In this document: positions 27,358 through 40,961 of the stretch, one piece after another
How the letters are laid out: every line of letters begins with the position of its first letter
How positions within the stretch are numbered: position 1 is the stretch's first letter
DNA from: Oopsacas minuta
Lineage: Eukaryota > Animalia > Porifera
Reading direction: 5' to 3'
Assembly: GCA_024704765.1 (NCBI GenBank)
Contig: JAKMXF010000077.1
Span: forward strand, 1-64,000
DNA length: 64,000 bases
Notes under the pieces: model-generated
What the model saw: the letters and a program-made list of their open reading frames with translations, nothing else
The model's database searches: none
Told to the model about the DNA's origin: nothing
Program-made: the position numbers and the translations under genes

Positions 27358-30110
27358 CACGAGTCGCTCAGATTCAAATATCGATATAAAAAAATACAGT
27401 TTGTTCAAAACCTAGCTGGAGTGATAGAGTAGCATGTCTATTTCCCAAATATTCATTATTTAACATTATTCGTACGCAAAAACAAAAATTTAACCTAATT
27501 ATATTTTCACCTAATTTCTAACACCTTCCATTTTGTAGTACTTACTCTTTGAATTCAATTCATGTTAATTTGAAGTGTTAAATATACAAATGAATTGTAA
27601 GGATATTTTCCTTACTTGTCGTGTCTTCACACTTGAATACATGTCGTTTAGTATGGCATCCCTATTCAACTGCAAATGCATAAATATCGAATATTAGAAA
27701 CCAAAATCTATATTCAGAAGATGGAATCCTTTGGAACAATTTTCAGAGACAAACATATGAAAGCGCGACAGAAGGCATGTCGCAATTGTTGTGTTAAAGT
27801 GGGGAACAATGGGGTAAATTTAACTCCAACGTTACTAAAGATGTAAGCACAGTTTTTATCAAACAACGTTGACGATCTTAGCTGCATGTTACAGACAGTT
27901 CTCTGTAAGACTTGTGCAATTTGGCTTGAGAAAACGGACAAGAATCTGAGTGCTGGAAATATTCCGAAACCTTTTTCTTGGATACTGCCAATAAAGAACA
28001 CCAGACTAAGCTCTTGTTTTGTTGATTCTCCTTGTGCTATGTGTCAAGAAGCGTATCGATTTGGACCAAAGAAATATGCACCTCAGCAAATTCGACACAA
28101 ATCTGTTGCCAGACCGGTAGAAAATTCTCCTCAACCAGTTTAAAGTTGTGCAATAAATGTTTTCTTAAAGTAGGAGGAGGCATTCGCCATGAATGTTCTT
28201 CTTCTAATGCTGTTACCAACACCAGACACTGCTTAGGTAAAAGAAAATTATTAGATAAATTTGTAGGAGATGATATCGTTAAGCGTTTGGATGTAAGTGA
28301 TGATTTATACCTCGAACTACCACGTATTTCAGGAGGGCATCCGGTTTATCTTACAGATAGTTCTTCTTTGAATAAGTCTGCTTCAAGTAGTGTACCGTCT
28401 GTCAGTCTTGAACTCTCAGATATGTTACAAATAAAGACTAAAGGAAATCTAAGTAATAACGGTCTTAAGTCAGTTATAAGTATATTGAGAGGTAAATTAA
28501 TTGGTACTCCAGGGATGAAATTATTTTACACTGCTCGATATGAAATTATTGGTCAATTCTTTGAAGTTTGCCAATTAGAGCTGAACCGATCTCAGAAGGG
28601 ATATAGTGCTATTTGCCCTGTCTGGACAGTATTCTGTTGTGATGTTCCTGGCCTTCTTAGTAAAAGATTTTATCAATCAGATGGGATTGATAACTATAAA
28701 TTTCATTATAAGTTAGGACTGGACTTTGGACAAGGATTTTTGAAAGTGACAATTCAACCTGAATTATCCAATAGTGTAAGCGATCTGGCTATAATTTGGC
28801 TGAGCCCTGTACCAGAAAATTATCACAACCTCAAGTCAATATTCTCCAGTCATGAAATCAGACGTCTAATCCTAGACTTCAATATAAGCCTAACGATTGA
28901 TATAAAAGCTGCACTAATAGCTTTTGGTATCATGCCTGGTAGACATCCCTGTCCCTGGTGTACCTGGGACGAAAGGGATAATCTTGACAATATTGGGAAA
29001 TGGGAGCTAAGAGGGTCAACACAGCATGCTGCATAGTATGAAGAATTTTGCAGAGAATATGGCGGATTGAAAGAAAATTCAAAATTATGCAAGGGAGTTG
29101 AAAACCCCACCATATTTCAGGATGCTGATATTCTACCTATTGAAAACATGGCTATTCTCAATCTCCCAGAGCTACTTTTGCTGCTTGGAGTAGGCCAGAG
29201 ACTTTATGATGTAATTGTAGAGTCCATGTCAGAAGACGAAATACGGATCCATCAGGATACTTTGAAGAGGTATAACATCAAGAAAAGTCAATACCATGGT
29301 GGAAGCTTTTAAGGGAATTCAATGAGATTATTACTGAAACATCATGGAGATTTGTTTCTAAATAAGAATTGTAATGCCTTCATAGCATTAAGAAGATTTG
29401 ACTCCGTGGGATCTTCTTGTTTTGGGATATCTAGATGTACTCCCGAGTTTCGTGAAAGGATCTTTGAATTTGAAGAAGCCTATAAAATGTGTGGTATTTC
29501 TTGTACAACAAAAGTACATATAGTATGCCGCCATCTAGTTCCCTTTTCTGCTAAAATATTTGCCTACAGATAACTGATTGGTTTGTAGTATCAGAACAGC
29601 ATTGGAATCTAGTAACCATCATTTTAACAATGTGTGGAGAAGATACAAATTTGGTCAGGATACAGAAGGTCATGGTGAGGGGTTATTTAATGCAGTATGC
29701 GAATTTAATTTTATATCTCTTGCTACTGATAATGCAGCAGATGTTTGGAAGGGATTACAAGATGAAAACAAGATCGAGTGCAATTGATAAGATAAATGGC
29801 AAGTAATATTATATTAAAACCAGTATGAATTAATAGTTTTCCAATATTTTTGTTTCAGTTTATATGAAGATATTCATTAGAGATATTTAACACTACAAAT
29901 TAACATGAATTGAATTCAAAGAGAAGTACCACAAAATGGAAGGTGTTAGAAATTAGGTGAAAAATTATAATTAGGCTAAATTTTCGTTTTTGCGTACGAA
30001 TAATTTTAAATAATGAATATTTGGGAAATAGACATGCTACTCTATCACTTCAGCTAGGTTTTTAAACAAACTGTAATTCTTGATCGATATTTGAATCTAA
30101 GCGACCCGTG
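27358..30110 (+). mobile_element. Chapaev transposon, full length (2753 bp), ~228-bp TIRs, 4-bp TSD TATT
   Basis: Left 27358-27585 (CACGAGTCGCTCAGATTCAAATATCGAT...) is the inverted copy of right 29883-30110 (...ATCGATATTTGAATCTAAGCGACCCGTG). TATT occurs at 27354-27357 and 30111-30114. Confidence 0.92.
27721..29787 (+). pseudogene. Chapaev transposase with N-terminal Chapa zinc-binding domain
   Basis: From the ATG at 27721: MESFGTIFRDKHMKARQKACRNCCVK (H-x7-C-R-x-C), a stop at 27844, LCKTCAIW...PCAMC, and a frameshift at ~28140. Then LCNKCFLKVGGGIRHEC, KLGLDFGQGFLK, LTIDIK...HPCPWC, PELLLLLG, YHGGSF, TTKVHIVCRHL, and ESSNHHF. Confidence 0.85.
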
Positions 30111-30469
30111 TATTGTGTATCATCTGACTCTGATCTAACGGTGTATAATAATTTGGAGGGGTCGATTTCATTAATTGCATTGATAAAGAAAATTCTGAAG
30201 AAAATACTTGTATCTTTCAATACATCTGAAACTCAGTTCTGGGTAGATGGGCGGATAATTCTATGGGTTATCTAATGCTAGAAACAAATCTGATTTTATG
30301 TAATTCACTGATGCATATTTTATTGATGAGAGTTTCATTTTATTAATGTCATTACAGGTACTTATAGCAATAGCTTGTTGAGTGTAGTCGAATGTTAGTT
30401 TTGTGGTTAGTTCTATCTCAACCTGGTCATAGTTCAGTTTATCAAATGTTTGGTAATAATATGTCTGTT

Positions 30470-31140
30470 TAGGTGAAGATACAAGGAATAAACCAGCGAA
30501 TTTTGAGAATTACACTTCTCCTCAATACAGAAGATCTTCTCACCCGAAAATATAATTGAATCACTGCCGACACTTTTGAGTCGATCCAGGAGTCCACGAC
30601 ATCTTTTGATTCTCTATTTAATTACCTGGCCATTAAGAGACTCTACTCTACTTCGTCTGAAACATTTCAGACCTAAGTCATTTTGATTATTCGCCGAGTA
30701 GATTCCTTATCTATTCCGACCTTTGCGGCAACTTTTCGGTCGGACATCATGGGCCGACGAATTAAAATCTGACGAACCGTTTTCTTGTTGGAGGAGTCCT
30801 AATTGTTCTTGGCCGACCTGATAGTTGCTTATCTACGATATCACCTGTGTCAATATATCGTTTTATCATGCGGCATATCAACGATGGTGAAAATTTCGGT
30901 GAACCAAGGGCTTTAGAATTTAAATCTGCTTCTTACCATTTAGAAATATTTGAATAATAGCAAACCTCTTCTGTTGTAGTTCAGATATGCCAGGGATAAC
31001 AATAAACTAGAATTGAACTATCACAGTACATTGAATATATTATATAGCCCTGTTCATAGATGAATTTAACAGCAGTTGAATTATGGTTAGATATAAAAAA
31101 TTGGTGTAAAAATTTGTTGCAGAACTTTTGAGGCATCCTG
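30470..31140 (-). mobile_element. Tc1/maT-like element, 5' half only
   Basis: Terminus TA|CAGGATGCCTCAAAAGTTCTGCAAC at 31140 (minus strand). Manual translation gives KRYIDTGDIVDKQLSGRPRTIRT...KNDLGLK...IIFSGEKIFCIEEKCNSQN. Confidence 0.72.
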
Positions 31141-31291
31141 TAGATGATAAAAGTTTGAAATTCTAATCACAGGTACTCATCCATGGGGCAAATTCTAATC
31201 ACAGGTACTCATCAATGTGAAAAATTTCCTGACGTCATGATTCTGAACAAAAACTAACTCATCATGGGATTTACACGTCATCATGACTGTA

Positions 31292-32590
31292 CAGGGCGTT
31301 CAATAAGTTCGTGGAGAATTATAATTAGAGTAAGGAGTACTAAATGTTACATTTAGCTTTCCATTTATCAATCATTTATTTATTGATATACTTAAACTTT
31401 GTGATACAAGCAGCTATATTCAGAGGAATAATCAGATCTTTCCGTCAGTTGTTTGAAAAATAATGAATTTTTGAGAACTTAGAGCATCGAGCAGTCACTA
31501 AATTTCTCTGTATAAAAAGACTAAGCGCTACTGAAACGTTCAGAGAGATGAAAGATGTCCTCAAAGACAATGCCCCTAGTCAATGTATGGTTGCAAAATG
31601 GCACGCAGAATTCAAACGTGGAAGAGAAACTATTACAGATGACTCTCGCTCAGGAAGACACACATTTTCTCTCCATCCAGAAACAATCCAACCTATTAGT
31701 TGTATGATAGAGAACGATCACTGTATATCGATCAGAAATAAAGCTAATAGGGTAGATTTATCAATTGGAACTATTCATTCGATCATCATGACCATCTTGG
31801 GCTCAAGAAATACAAAGCAAAGTGAATACTAAAAAACCTTATCTGAAGATCAAATATTGGCTAGACTGGAAACTAGCAAAAGCATGATTGATTTATATAT
31901 GTCTGACCCAGACGATTTTCATGCAAGACTGATTACTGGAGATGAAACCTGGATATACTACCATGACCCTTGCACTGTTAGCGAGGCTGCGGAATGGAGG
32001 CATGAAGATTCTCCAAATCCCAAAGTACTCCGACTTAGTCACTGTCCAAAGTCTAAGTCAAAGCTGATGCTATCAATATTCTGGGATTCTAAGGGACCAT
32101 TACTATTAGATTATCTTCGCAAAAATACGACAGTGACTAGAACTTATTATGCCGATCTAATGACGAAATTACGCGAATCTATAAAGAAGAATAGGCGAGG
32201 AATGCTTAAAAGAATCCCAACCATTTTACATGATAATGCTCCATCCCATAAAAGTCTTATTACACAGGAGGCAAGGAAAGATTGTGGCATTAAACAGCCT
32301 CAACACCCACCATACAGTCCTGATTTAGCTCCCAGCGATTATTATCTCTTTCCAATTGCCAAGTAAGCACTTCGCGGAAAGATTTTTGACGATGACGATG
32401 TATTGGAATCGGGTTTTGAAGACTGGTTAGACACCAAAGACAAAATGTTTTTCATCATAGTATAGAAAAGCTAAAAGATAAGTGGCTTAAATGTATTCTA
32501 TTACAAGGGGATTATGTTGAAAATTAAACTCTAGCCATTGCTATACAAAACGTCTATATATCAATTTCCACGAACTTATTGAACACCCTG
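31292..32590 (+). mobile_element. mariner (DD34D) element, full length, transposase frameshifted
   Basis: TIRs CAGGG(C/T)GTTCAATAAGTTCGTGGA at 31292 and ending at 32590. ORFs carry WHAEFKRGRETITDDSRSGR, LITGDETWIYYHDP and LHDNAPSH-...-HPPYSPDLAPSDY, with 34 residues between the second and third D. Confidence 0.93.
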
Positions 32591-33559
32591 GACTAAATAC
32601 TAAATATCTTCATTTCGAAAAATTTCCGAATTTCTGAATACCTAAGACACTATGTACCAAGATTACTAACCGAAAGCGACATAGCATCCCCAGTGTTACC
32701 ACAGAAAGCAATTTAATGTAATGTGGGTTGGCTATGGACGATAAAATGAAATATTTTAACTATTCTGTGAATTTGATGAACGTAGTGTCGAGTATATTCT
32801 CTCGCTTTTCAGCCAATAATACTATAAAATTTAGCTAGTTAATTATAACTAAAGCTAACCTGGAGCACTAAACTGTTGCCCAGCGACCTAGCAAGCGAAG
32901 CGCGATAGTCGTCATTTAATCAGTAATCATATTGTACCATCTTTTTTTAATTAATTTATACTCCTATACATATATATAATAGCCTAGGAAATGAGTAGGG
33001 GATATCTAATCTGGCTCTTGTTAGTTAGCAAAAGTTGGAGATATGATACAAAAATAATTTTTCAGGAATTATCACAATATTTACATGTAGAAACTCACTT
33101 TCAACGGTTACAACGGGTTAACAAAGTATCCTCAACAAGATTTTCATATTTTCAAGTTTCAAAATGGATCAATATTGTATATTGAACTGTATAATGATTT
33201 CATGTAAGTATATATACTAAAATATGATAATAAAGTAACAGTAATTCAGAAAATATTGGATATTTGAGGAGTAATACTCCGAGTTTATCTAGCCGAAGGA
33301 TCGTATTTAATAACTAGCATATGAATTACAAAAAACATAGAAATAGAGGTATAGGAATGTAATCTGGAACGTGCAAATTTTGGTAAATCTCCTTTGTAAT
33401 CTTGTAAATTGCATGTTCACTCTAGCCGCAACTAATCGAAAGAGGGTTAGATATCATACTTCTTAATAATATTCGAGATGATCCATCATTTTGTTCGGGG
33501 ACCATAATACTTTAATAGGGTCTCAACCTTGTGCAAATTTTAGGCAGGCAGTAGCGGAA

Positions 33560-33793
33560 AGGTCCGCAATCAGAAGTTGCATGTTGTTGTTGTTGGATTG
33601 AAGCCATATTTGAGATCATTTGGGTATTCTAGTCGACAAAGTGAATCAAGATGCGTATTAATTACTTTATTCGGGTGGACAAATAGATACTTGGTCAGAA
33701 TCAGCCCTACTTTCAAGCAGTATGGGGTAAAGAATGACTTTGTTATAACTGGAGTTTCGTTATATCCGAATGTGTTATAACGAGAGTTCACTG
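33560..33793. mobile_element. pogo/Tigger-like terminal fragment
   Basis: The reverse complement CAGTGAACTCTCGTTATAACACATTCGGATATAACGAAAC is a typical pogo-type end. No partner end. The left boundary is approximate. Confidence 0.45.
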
Positions 33794-33859
33794 GTTATTT
33801 CAATCATCAACATACTTGACAGAATATTATATCTTGTAGGCCCCCAATTGTGCTGGCAA

Positions 33860-35345
33860 ATTCTCTGATCAATTCGGGAGTGCATCCAAAAGTAAAGAAT
33901 TGGATGAAGACAAGGCATTATTGCTTTCGGATCTACTAGAGATTGGCAAGAGGAAGGCTATTTTACTATGATACCTTTTGCTATCTGATGAAATTCACTT
34001 TCCTACATATCAGAGGGTGGCTGATCATGGAAATAGTTTAGTACTACGAAGTACGATTCAACTATACTAGAATCCCACTGCCAAAGTTGGTGTGTTTGTG
34101 TGCACCATAGGCTCAATTTGTCTATCATACATTTTGTAGAATTTTGTTAACTCTACCGTCCCTTCAAATAAGAATTTTCATCTCCGATTTCAGATTGTTG
34201 ATGGTTTAGATGGATCTGGAAAGCATACAGTACATAATCAACCAAATCGTTCTTCCTATTTTGCATTAGAACAGTACACACTGTCAATTCCAGTGGAAAG
34301 CAACAGAATTCTCCATTCTCCCAACGTCCAATTTTCCTTCTTGCTGCTACAAAATCATGGCAATATTCACAAATTTATGAAAGATATCATCAATCCTGAA
34401 ACTGATCAAATGAGAACCAGGGTTTCTATTTTTCCGATGATAAACATGTATTTTGTCGATGATATTCGATCAATGTTTGATGGTTAATGGCAAGTATTCT
34501 CTCAGGAACATGAGGTGCAAGTTGCCAACTATGCACTGCAAAGCAGAAAAAACGAAAAGATACTGAAATAATTTTACAAGGCTATCCCATCAATAGAACA
34601 TTTCAGACGCCATTGAACTATTTGCAGAACTGGAAGACATTGATGCTTTCTTTTCATCACCAACAAATCAAGGATTTAACCTAACTCACCAACCATTATC
34701 AACAATAGTCATTCTACCTGCTTCTCCTTACATTCCTATACGTACATTTTTAGATGATTCAATTTACTTGTGTACTACCTGAATTGTGACCTTGCTACAT
34801 GGTCACCATCATCAAATAAATTAAAGACTCTATGAAGGATGTGCGAACCATAGTTCAAGAAGTAACAGGTCTAAGAATTGGCAAACCAGACCCAAAGGAG
34901 GCACTACTTTCACTGGTAGTGTAGCCAGAAGAGCCTTCTCAATAATTTTAAGTTTATTGAATGTGAAATGTCGTTGTTAAGATTAATCATAGGGACTCAC
35001 TTTGAAAATTGCACACATAGTTATCTGTCATTCGGAGAACCATAAATTCAGACAGAAAAATCAACACCGAAGAATTGGGTAACCCTTGTACTGACACCAA
35101 TCTCCTTCAATCCTTTCCTCGGATGCACATTAAACCGGCATTACATAAAATACGCCCATTCTGAAGAAATACTGAGAGAGATGAACTTTGAGTATGGATT
35201 GAAAAGCTTTAACGTAGAAGGATCTGAAGCCTGCAACAAATTAGTCAGATATATGGGAAATCTAGCAAGGAAAACTTCCTTCGTAGATAATGTCGTTGAT
35301 ATATTGTCAGACTCTCATGTGAAAGCGATCTTCTGTTAATGAAGA
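33860..35345 (+). pseudogene. Transib/RAG1-core-like transposase relic A (termini not found)
   Basis: Manual translation gives LDEDKALLLSDLLEIGKRK, DEIHFPTYQRV, FQIVDGLDGSGKH (~34190), IRSMFDG*MAS..GASCQLCTA, and VEGSEACNKLV..NLARKTSFVDNVVDIL. These are colinear with element C. Confidence 0.85.
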
Positions 35346-35835
35346 TCAGTTTGCAGTGATGTGCGAATAGTGCGGAGTACACGGTCATACTCGAAGAGCT
35401 AAGTGCTTTAGAGACAATGTGATGGATTTATTAGTATCATCTATTGAGAATATCGTTAAAGGCCCTATTATTGAAACGACATTGTAACAACCTACTTTGC
35501 AGAATGTTAGCCTAATGAATAATGCAATAAAACATACCTTAAAATAAGTACTCATTGTTTTTATCTGGAAATTGTAAGAATTGATATATATTAGCAAAAA
35601 AGATAATAATACAATTTAAAACACAATCATAAGATTGAAGTACGAGAGCAAAATTATGAAACAATTGTGCATGAAGTCAGTTTTAAATATTATGGATAAT
35701 GTTGAAATTCTAGCAATTGCAATTGCTTCCATGGATATAATATACTATACATAAATACAACAATTTATAGGCCTAACATTGTTATACGCGTGTAATTAGA
35801 TATCAAAGAAAACCAAATTCAGGATAAAGCTATTA

Positions 35836-37144
35836 CAGGGTGGCCAATAAGTTCTGGCACATAACTTTATATCGTACAAAAATCTTTCATGATTTTGATT
35901 GATTAACGTTACTGGTTTGTATATATTCTGTTATCTCTCGCAATACAATATTTATTGAAGAATACATTATTTGAAAACCAGGAACAAATTATCAGCTGTG
36001 GAGAAAGAACGGTCGCGATTGTTGAATTATTTCAAAATGGAAAAAACAAAAGGAAATAATGAAACTTTAAAAAATTCCACAGACACGTCGAAATTTTGTA
36101 ATCCGTACGATAAAACGCTCCAATGAGACTGGTGGCGTGATGGACAGAGCCAGAACTGTTCGCCCGGTCTCCATCACGACCGTAAAGATGCGAAAGGTAG
36201 TGCGGAGTCGACTGTGGCGAAATCCTCAGCGATCGATCAGAAAAATGGCTAAAGAACTGAAAATATCCCGTCGATCTCTTCAAACGATTGTCAAGAGAGA
36301 CTTAGGGCTATCTTCGTTCAAGAAAAGGAAAGTCCATTTCCTTCAGACAAAATAAAGACGAAGAGGCTCTCAAGAAGCAAAGTCCTCCATACACGATTCG
36401 CAGCACAGGGACTGGATCAAGTCCTTTTCTCCGATGAAAAACTTTTCACCGTTGAACAAGCATTCAATCGTCAAAACGATAGAATAATATCTAAAAGCAC
36501 TTCTACTGTCCCTGATGAGTACAGGTAAGTCAAAAGAGTCTAGAAACCACTCTCGTTGATGGTTTGGGCCGGAGTATCTTCTGTTGGCCGGACACCACTG
36601 GTCTTCGTCCCTGTAGGGGTCAAAATAAATGCTACAAACGTATATGGAGCACATTGCACAGCCCATTGTGAAAGATCTCGATGAGATGATGTTTGAAAAC
36701 CAGCTGTTCATATTCCAACAAGACGGTGCTCCTGCTCATACAGCAAAAAGTACTCAGGAATGGTTTCAGACAAATATTCCTGACTATATCTCAAAGGTAG
36801 AATAGCCGCCGTCTAGCCCAGACCTCAACCCCTAGATTTCTGAGTGTGGTCCATTTTAGAGTCAAGTGCTTGCTCGAAGTCCCATAACAGTATTGAGTCT
36901 CTAAAGCAATCTCTGATGAGAGAATGGGCAATAATCCCAGAGGAGATACTGCGTACCGTAGTGTGGGCAGTCCCCGGGTGTCTGGAGGCTGTTATCAAAA
37001 AGGAAAGCGGATACATAGAATAGAGATTGTGCACAATAAAACTCATAATGCCAAACTACTTATGCTAAAATATCAATTCAAAATAATGAATATTGGTTAA
37101 ATTATAATAGTTTTTCTATGTGCCAGAACTTATTGGCCACCCTG
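35836..37144 (+). mobile_element. maT/Bmmar1-like (DD37D) element, full length, degraded transposase
   Basis: Perfect 28-bp TIR CAGGGTGGCCAATAAGTTCTGGCACATA with TA TSD on both sides. Motifs FSDEKLFTVEQAFNRQNDR and QQDGAPAHTAK...SPDLNPLD, with 37 residues between the second and third D. Confidence 0.93.
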
Positions 37145-37314
37145 TACATCAGAACATGAGATACAGAAATATGAATGCGCCAAATGGTTCCCAGCATATG
37201 ATAACCTATATGCTGGTATTCATTATATATGTCTATTTCAAATGAAAGTACCCATTATTTACTAATCTCATTTTAAGCCACTTTGGCCGCTCTTAGAACT
37301 TTATCCCACCTTGA

Positions 37315-40206
37315 CACAATGGCACGACAGGTGGAAATTGCGAAATATTCGACAGTGATACTTTGATATCTAATTAATCGTATCTTATTCAGCATACTCG
37401 GAAACTCAGAAATACAGCATATAATGATATTTGATAGTCTTACTTTTGAACAATAGTTATTTATAGATGAGTAACTTCAAACATGATTAAAACACAAAAA
37501 TCAAAGTTCTCAAAGTAGCCAAAGGAATTCGACACATATTCGTGTTTTAATTTGTATATGAAAATTGTAGACTGTCATATTGAAGTACTTTGCGTGGCCA
37601 TTATAATGAAATACTAAATGATAATATCAGCTTTTAGAATATACTAGGTAGAATTTCCAAATATTTTTGGTGGATTCATGTTTGGTCAATTGAGTTTGAA
37701 GCGCCACAACTATATTTGCCTGTTGTTGCCCATTGTAAATTGTATTGTATTTTCAAGAAAGTTATATTTAAAACAAAATAAACTTAATTCTAGCCTGGTG
37801 CTACTTGACGCTAATTGAGTTCTGCAGCTATTTCTACTGGCCATCCCGTAATTTACAGCCCTTATGTTAGCAACAAATTTTATCTTATGGTTGATTATTA
37901 ATTAGTTTCAATTTTATTCCGTCCTAATGAACAACAAAGAAGCCTTCAATTTCCATATATGTCCAACTCGGAGAAAGCGTTTAGTACGATTGCTCGTGAG
38001 TTTATTTCTAAATATAATCTTGGAGAGTCCAATTGTGACCTTTTCCGCCGAAAATTTTCAAATATTAAGTCTGAAAGAAAAATATATTTGAAAGAGAAGG
38101 ACTTAGCAACTTGGGAGGAATTGCTCTTTTGTAGGGATCCTCAAATGGATGACATTCCACAGTCTTCAAATGGAGCTAGACCCTTCAAGGAATCTACAGT
38201 TGTATTCGAGGAAGATTTTAGTCGAGTATCTCGGAAGCACATCAGCGAATTAAGTAATAAAAGTATGCGATATCGATTAGCCAACCTGAGATTACATCTG
38301 GAAACTGTTGCACATTGGGAAGAAGTTTCACTTAAGATGATTTCTAGCTACTTGTTGTTGTTGTATTCACAGGAAGAGCATGATGTTAGCATTGCTAAAA
38401 TCACCAAAATTGCAATTGCCGGGAGTCATGGATTAGTAAATCTCAACAGGAAACTCTCTTTATATTTGTCTTGCTTCTTACTAGACTCATTAGAAATTGG
38501 GAAGTCAAAATATATCGACGTAATAAGTATATTAATTAATGAGGATATTATCCTTCCTGATTACAATAGAGTCGCAATCCATCATAGTCAAATTTGCCTA
38601 ATAGATGAGATGGAAAGTGGAAAGAGAGTATCCGGTAAGCATTCGCATTTCCCATCACAGATTACTCACTCACACAGCGAATAGGATAATATTCACAAAT
38701 ACTCCCATTGACATTGATGATCAACCACTTAAGATACGGATATCTGATGGGTTAGATGGGTCAGGTTCCCACCGCGTTTATCAACAAGCAACATCCCATC
38801 CCAATTGAACAACCAAGAACTTTCTATTATTTGGATTTAAGGTGCTTTCTATCACCAATCACCAAGGAAAACTCCTCTGGAAAAACTCTGTTCCGAATTC
38901 CCCATTCTCGATAAGGCCAATAACCATACTTGCTATTCAAGAAAACCTAGAAAACGTAGGCTTTCTTATGTCGACAATGGTCAACAAAGAGACTGAGTAC
39001 ATCGAAAATAATGGTCTAAATTTTTAATGGTATCACTGCTTGTATGCAAATTTTGCGTTCGCAAATTGATGGAAAAATTGCTTAAATTGAGAAGCTTGTT
39101 GTCAGTTTTGCACAACTACATTCGAGCAGATGCACGATTCAACTTTTGTCCAGGATGGCTTTCCCATCAACAGGCTTATCAGTGATGCAAAGATCATATT
39201 TGAAGAAGTTAATGAAGGGCGATTTCTCTCACTAAGCTCTAACGAAACGTTTAATCTTACGCATGCACCTTTATCTGTATAGACATAATCCCAGGTTCAT
39301 CATTACACGCATACCTTAGGTGTTTCAGTTGGTTTATGTCCCTGGTAAGCCATCTAACTGCTGGAGTGACTAAATGGTCCCTAACTTCTACTAATGTCCA
39401 ATACACCAAGAGTTATATTAGTGGTTTGTTAAAAGAAAAGTTGAATTTGATGATTGATTATGCTTCGTCACAAGGTGGAACTTCTACAACAGGAAATATT
39501 GTGAGGCGATGCTTAGTGAGAAAAGATGATAGTGAGAGAGACTACCTATACGTATTATCATCAAATTACAAACAAGTGATCACTAATATCCACACCTACC
39601 TTGGAGCCATCCTACGGGTATATAATTCTAATAGAAGAATACACACAGACGAACTCTCATTAGTATGTCGTTATCAGCTGATTTTGACGCAATTTCTTGG
39701 GTAACATAGCCCCTACAATGTACAAACTGTTAGGTCATGTAGCAAGCATTATTTCTGATTATAATGATGGTTATAGACTGGAATAGTTACAGAAGAAGGT
39801 TTGGAGACAAGCAATTAGTTACTCAGAAGATTTAGAGAACGTCTGTCGAGGAAGTTTTCTTTTGAAGAAAACTTAAAGATGTTCTCGCACAGATCAACTG
39901 CCAAAGTGATCCGATTCTTCTACTAAACAGAAAAATTCGGAAAAATGCCTCAAGAAACAGCGATACTCTTAGTAAACAAGATCTTATTGTTGATTCCCTC
40001 ATAATAGAGGATGATTAAGTGTATTTCTAAAAACTATATTGACATTCCAATGACGTCATAACTCATGATTCCGAAGCCGTGTACAAATTCTGATAGTATA
40101 AATCTGTTGTATAGGGTAGATAGCCTATACGTCAATAATACATCGTAAATGCATATCTGCTACGTAAATTGCTATTTTCACCAAACTGTCATTTCGTGCC
40201 ACTGTG
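37315..40206 (+). mobile_element. Transib/RAG1-like transposon B, full length (2892 bp), 5-bp TSD CTTGA
   Basis: Left end CACAATGGCACG (37315). Right end, reverse-complemented, CACAGTGGCACG (ends 40206). CTTGA occurs at 37310-37314 and 40207-40211. Confidence 0.93.
37927..40000 (+). pseudogene. Transib/RAG1-core-like transposase of element B, many frameshifts
   Basis: NNKEAFNF, SRKHISELSNKSMRYRLANL (RAG1 nonamer-binding-domain-like), LLDSLEIGKSKY, ISDGLDGSGSH, RSQIDGK, GGTSTTGNIVRRC, EEGLETSN, and RLSRKFSFEEN. Confidence 0.9.
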
Positions 40207-40961
40207 CTTGAGGGTATAATTGTATGTGACAATACAATCAACATGACGTTGTGGGTAAGAAATAATTGCCTACTCTAGTCTTAAAGCGAAGATTCCATAC
40301 CCTTTGTAACCCTGAATGGGGCATCTCTCCACTTTGCCCAAAGCTAATACCAGCTCCTGCATCAGCAATACTTCATAGAGATAGGAATACTCCTTATAAT
40401 GGTAGGAGAGGATATGGAATTTCATAAAAGAAGAAAAATCTGTTTATTATCAAGCCTCCCGAAAATTTGATGCTCTTGGCCATCCTTAGTTCCCCACATT
40501 GCTAAGCACATATCTTTTGCATGCTTAAATTTAGTTAATGCATTAAATAATTTCATTGAAATCTTTGGAACTCTGATATCTTCCAAATTGTCCAATAGCC
40601 TTTGGCATGGATTCGCATTTAGAGTACCATTCCACTATCCATTGTACTTATACAGTGCTGTACAATCAGATTTGCTGAGTTTGCGAACTCAGTAAGAAGT
40701 CTCACTAGGCCTCGCATGAAATTAGTTTGTTGACTAAACCCAAAATGATATGGAATAGACAGAGCAAATCTTTTCGATTAATGACTCAGACGAAACGATA
40801 ATTAGCTCATTGAAGTTATCATGCCGCTTTTTAGCAAGATGTCATTATTTCTGCCTACTTCCTGGATTCGGCGGCATACCAGTAAATATAGTACTATTAT
40901 CAACATAAAGGAGATGGAATGTTATTTAGAGCTTGGTTACTTATAAAAGGTAGAGCTTATA

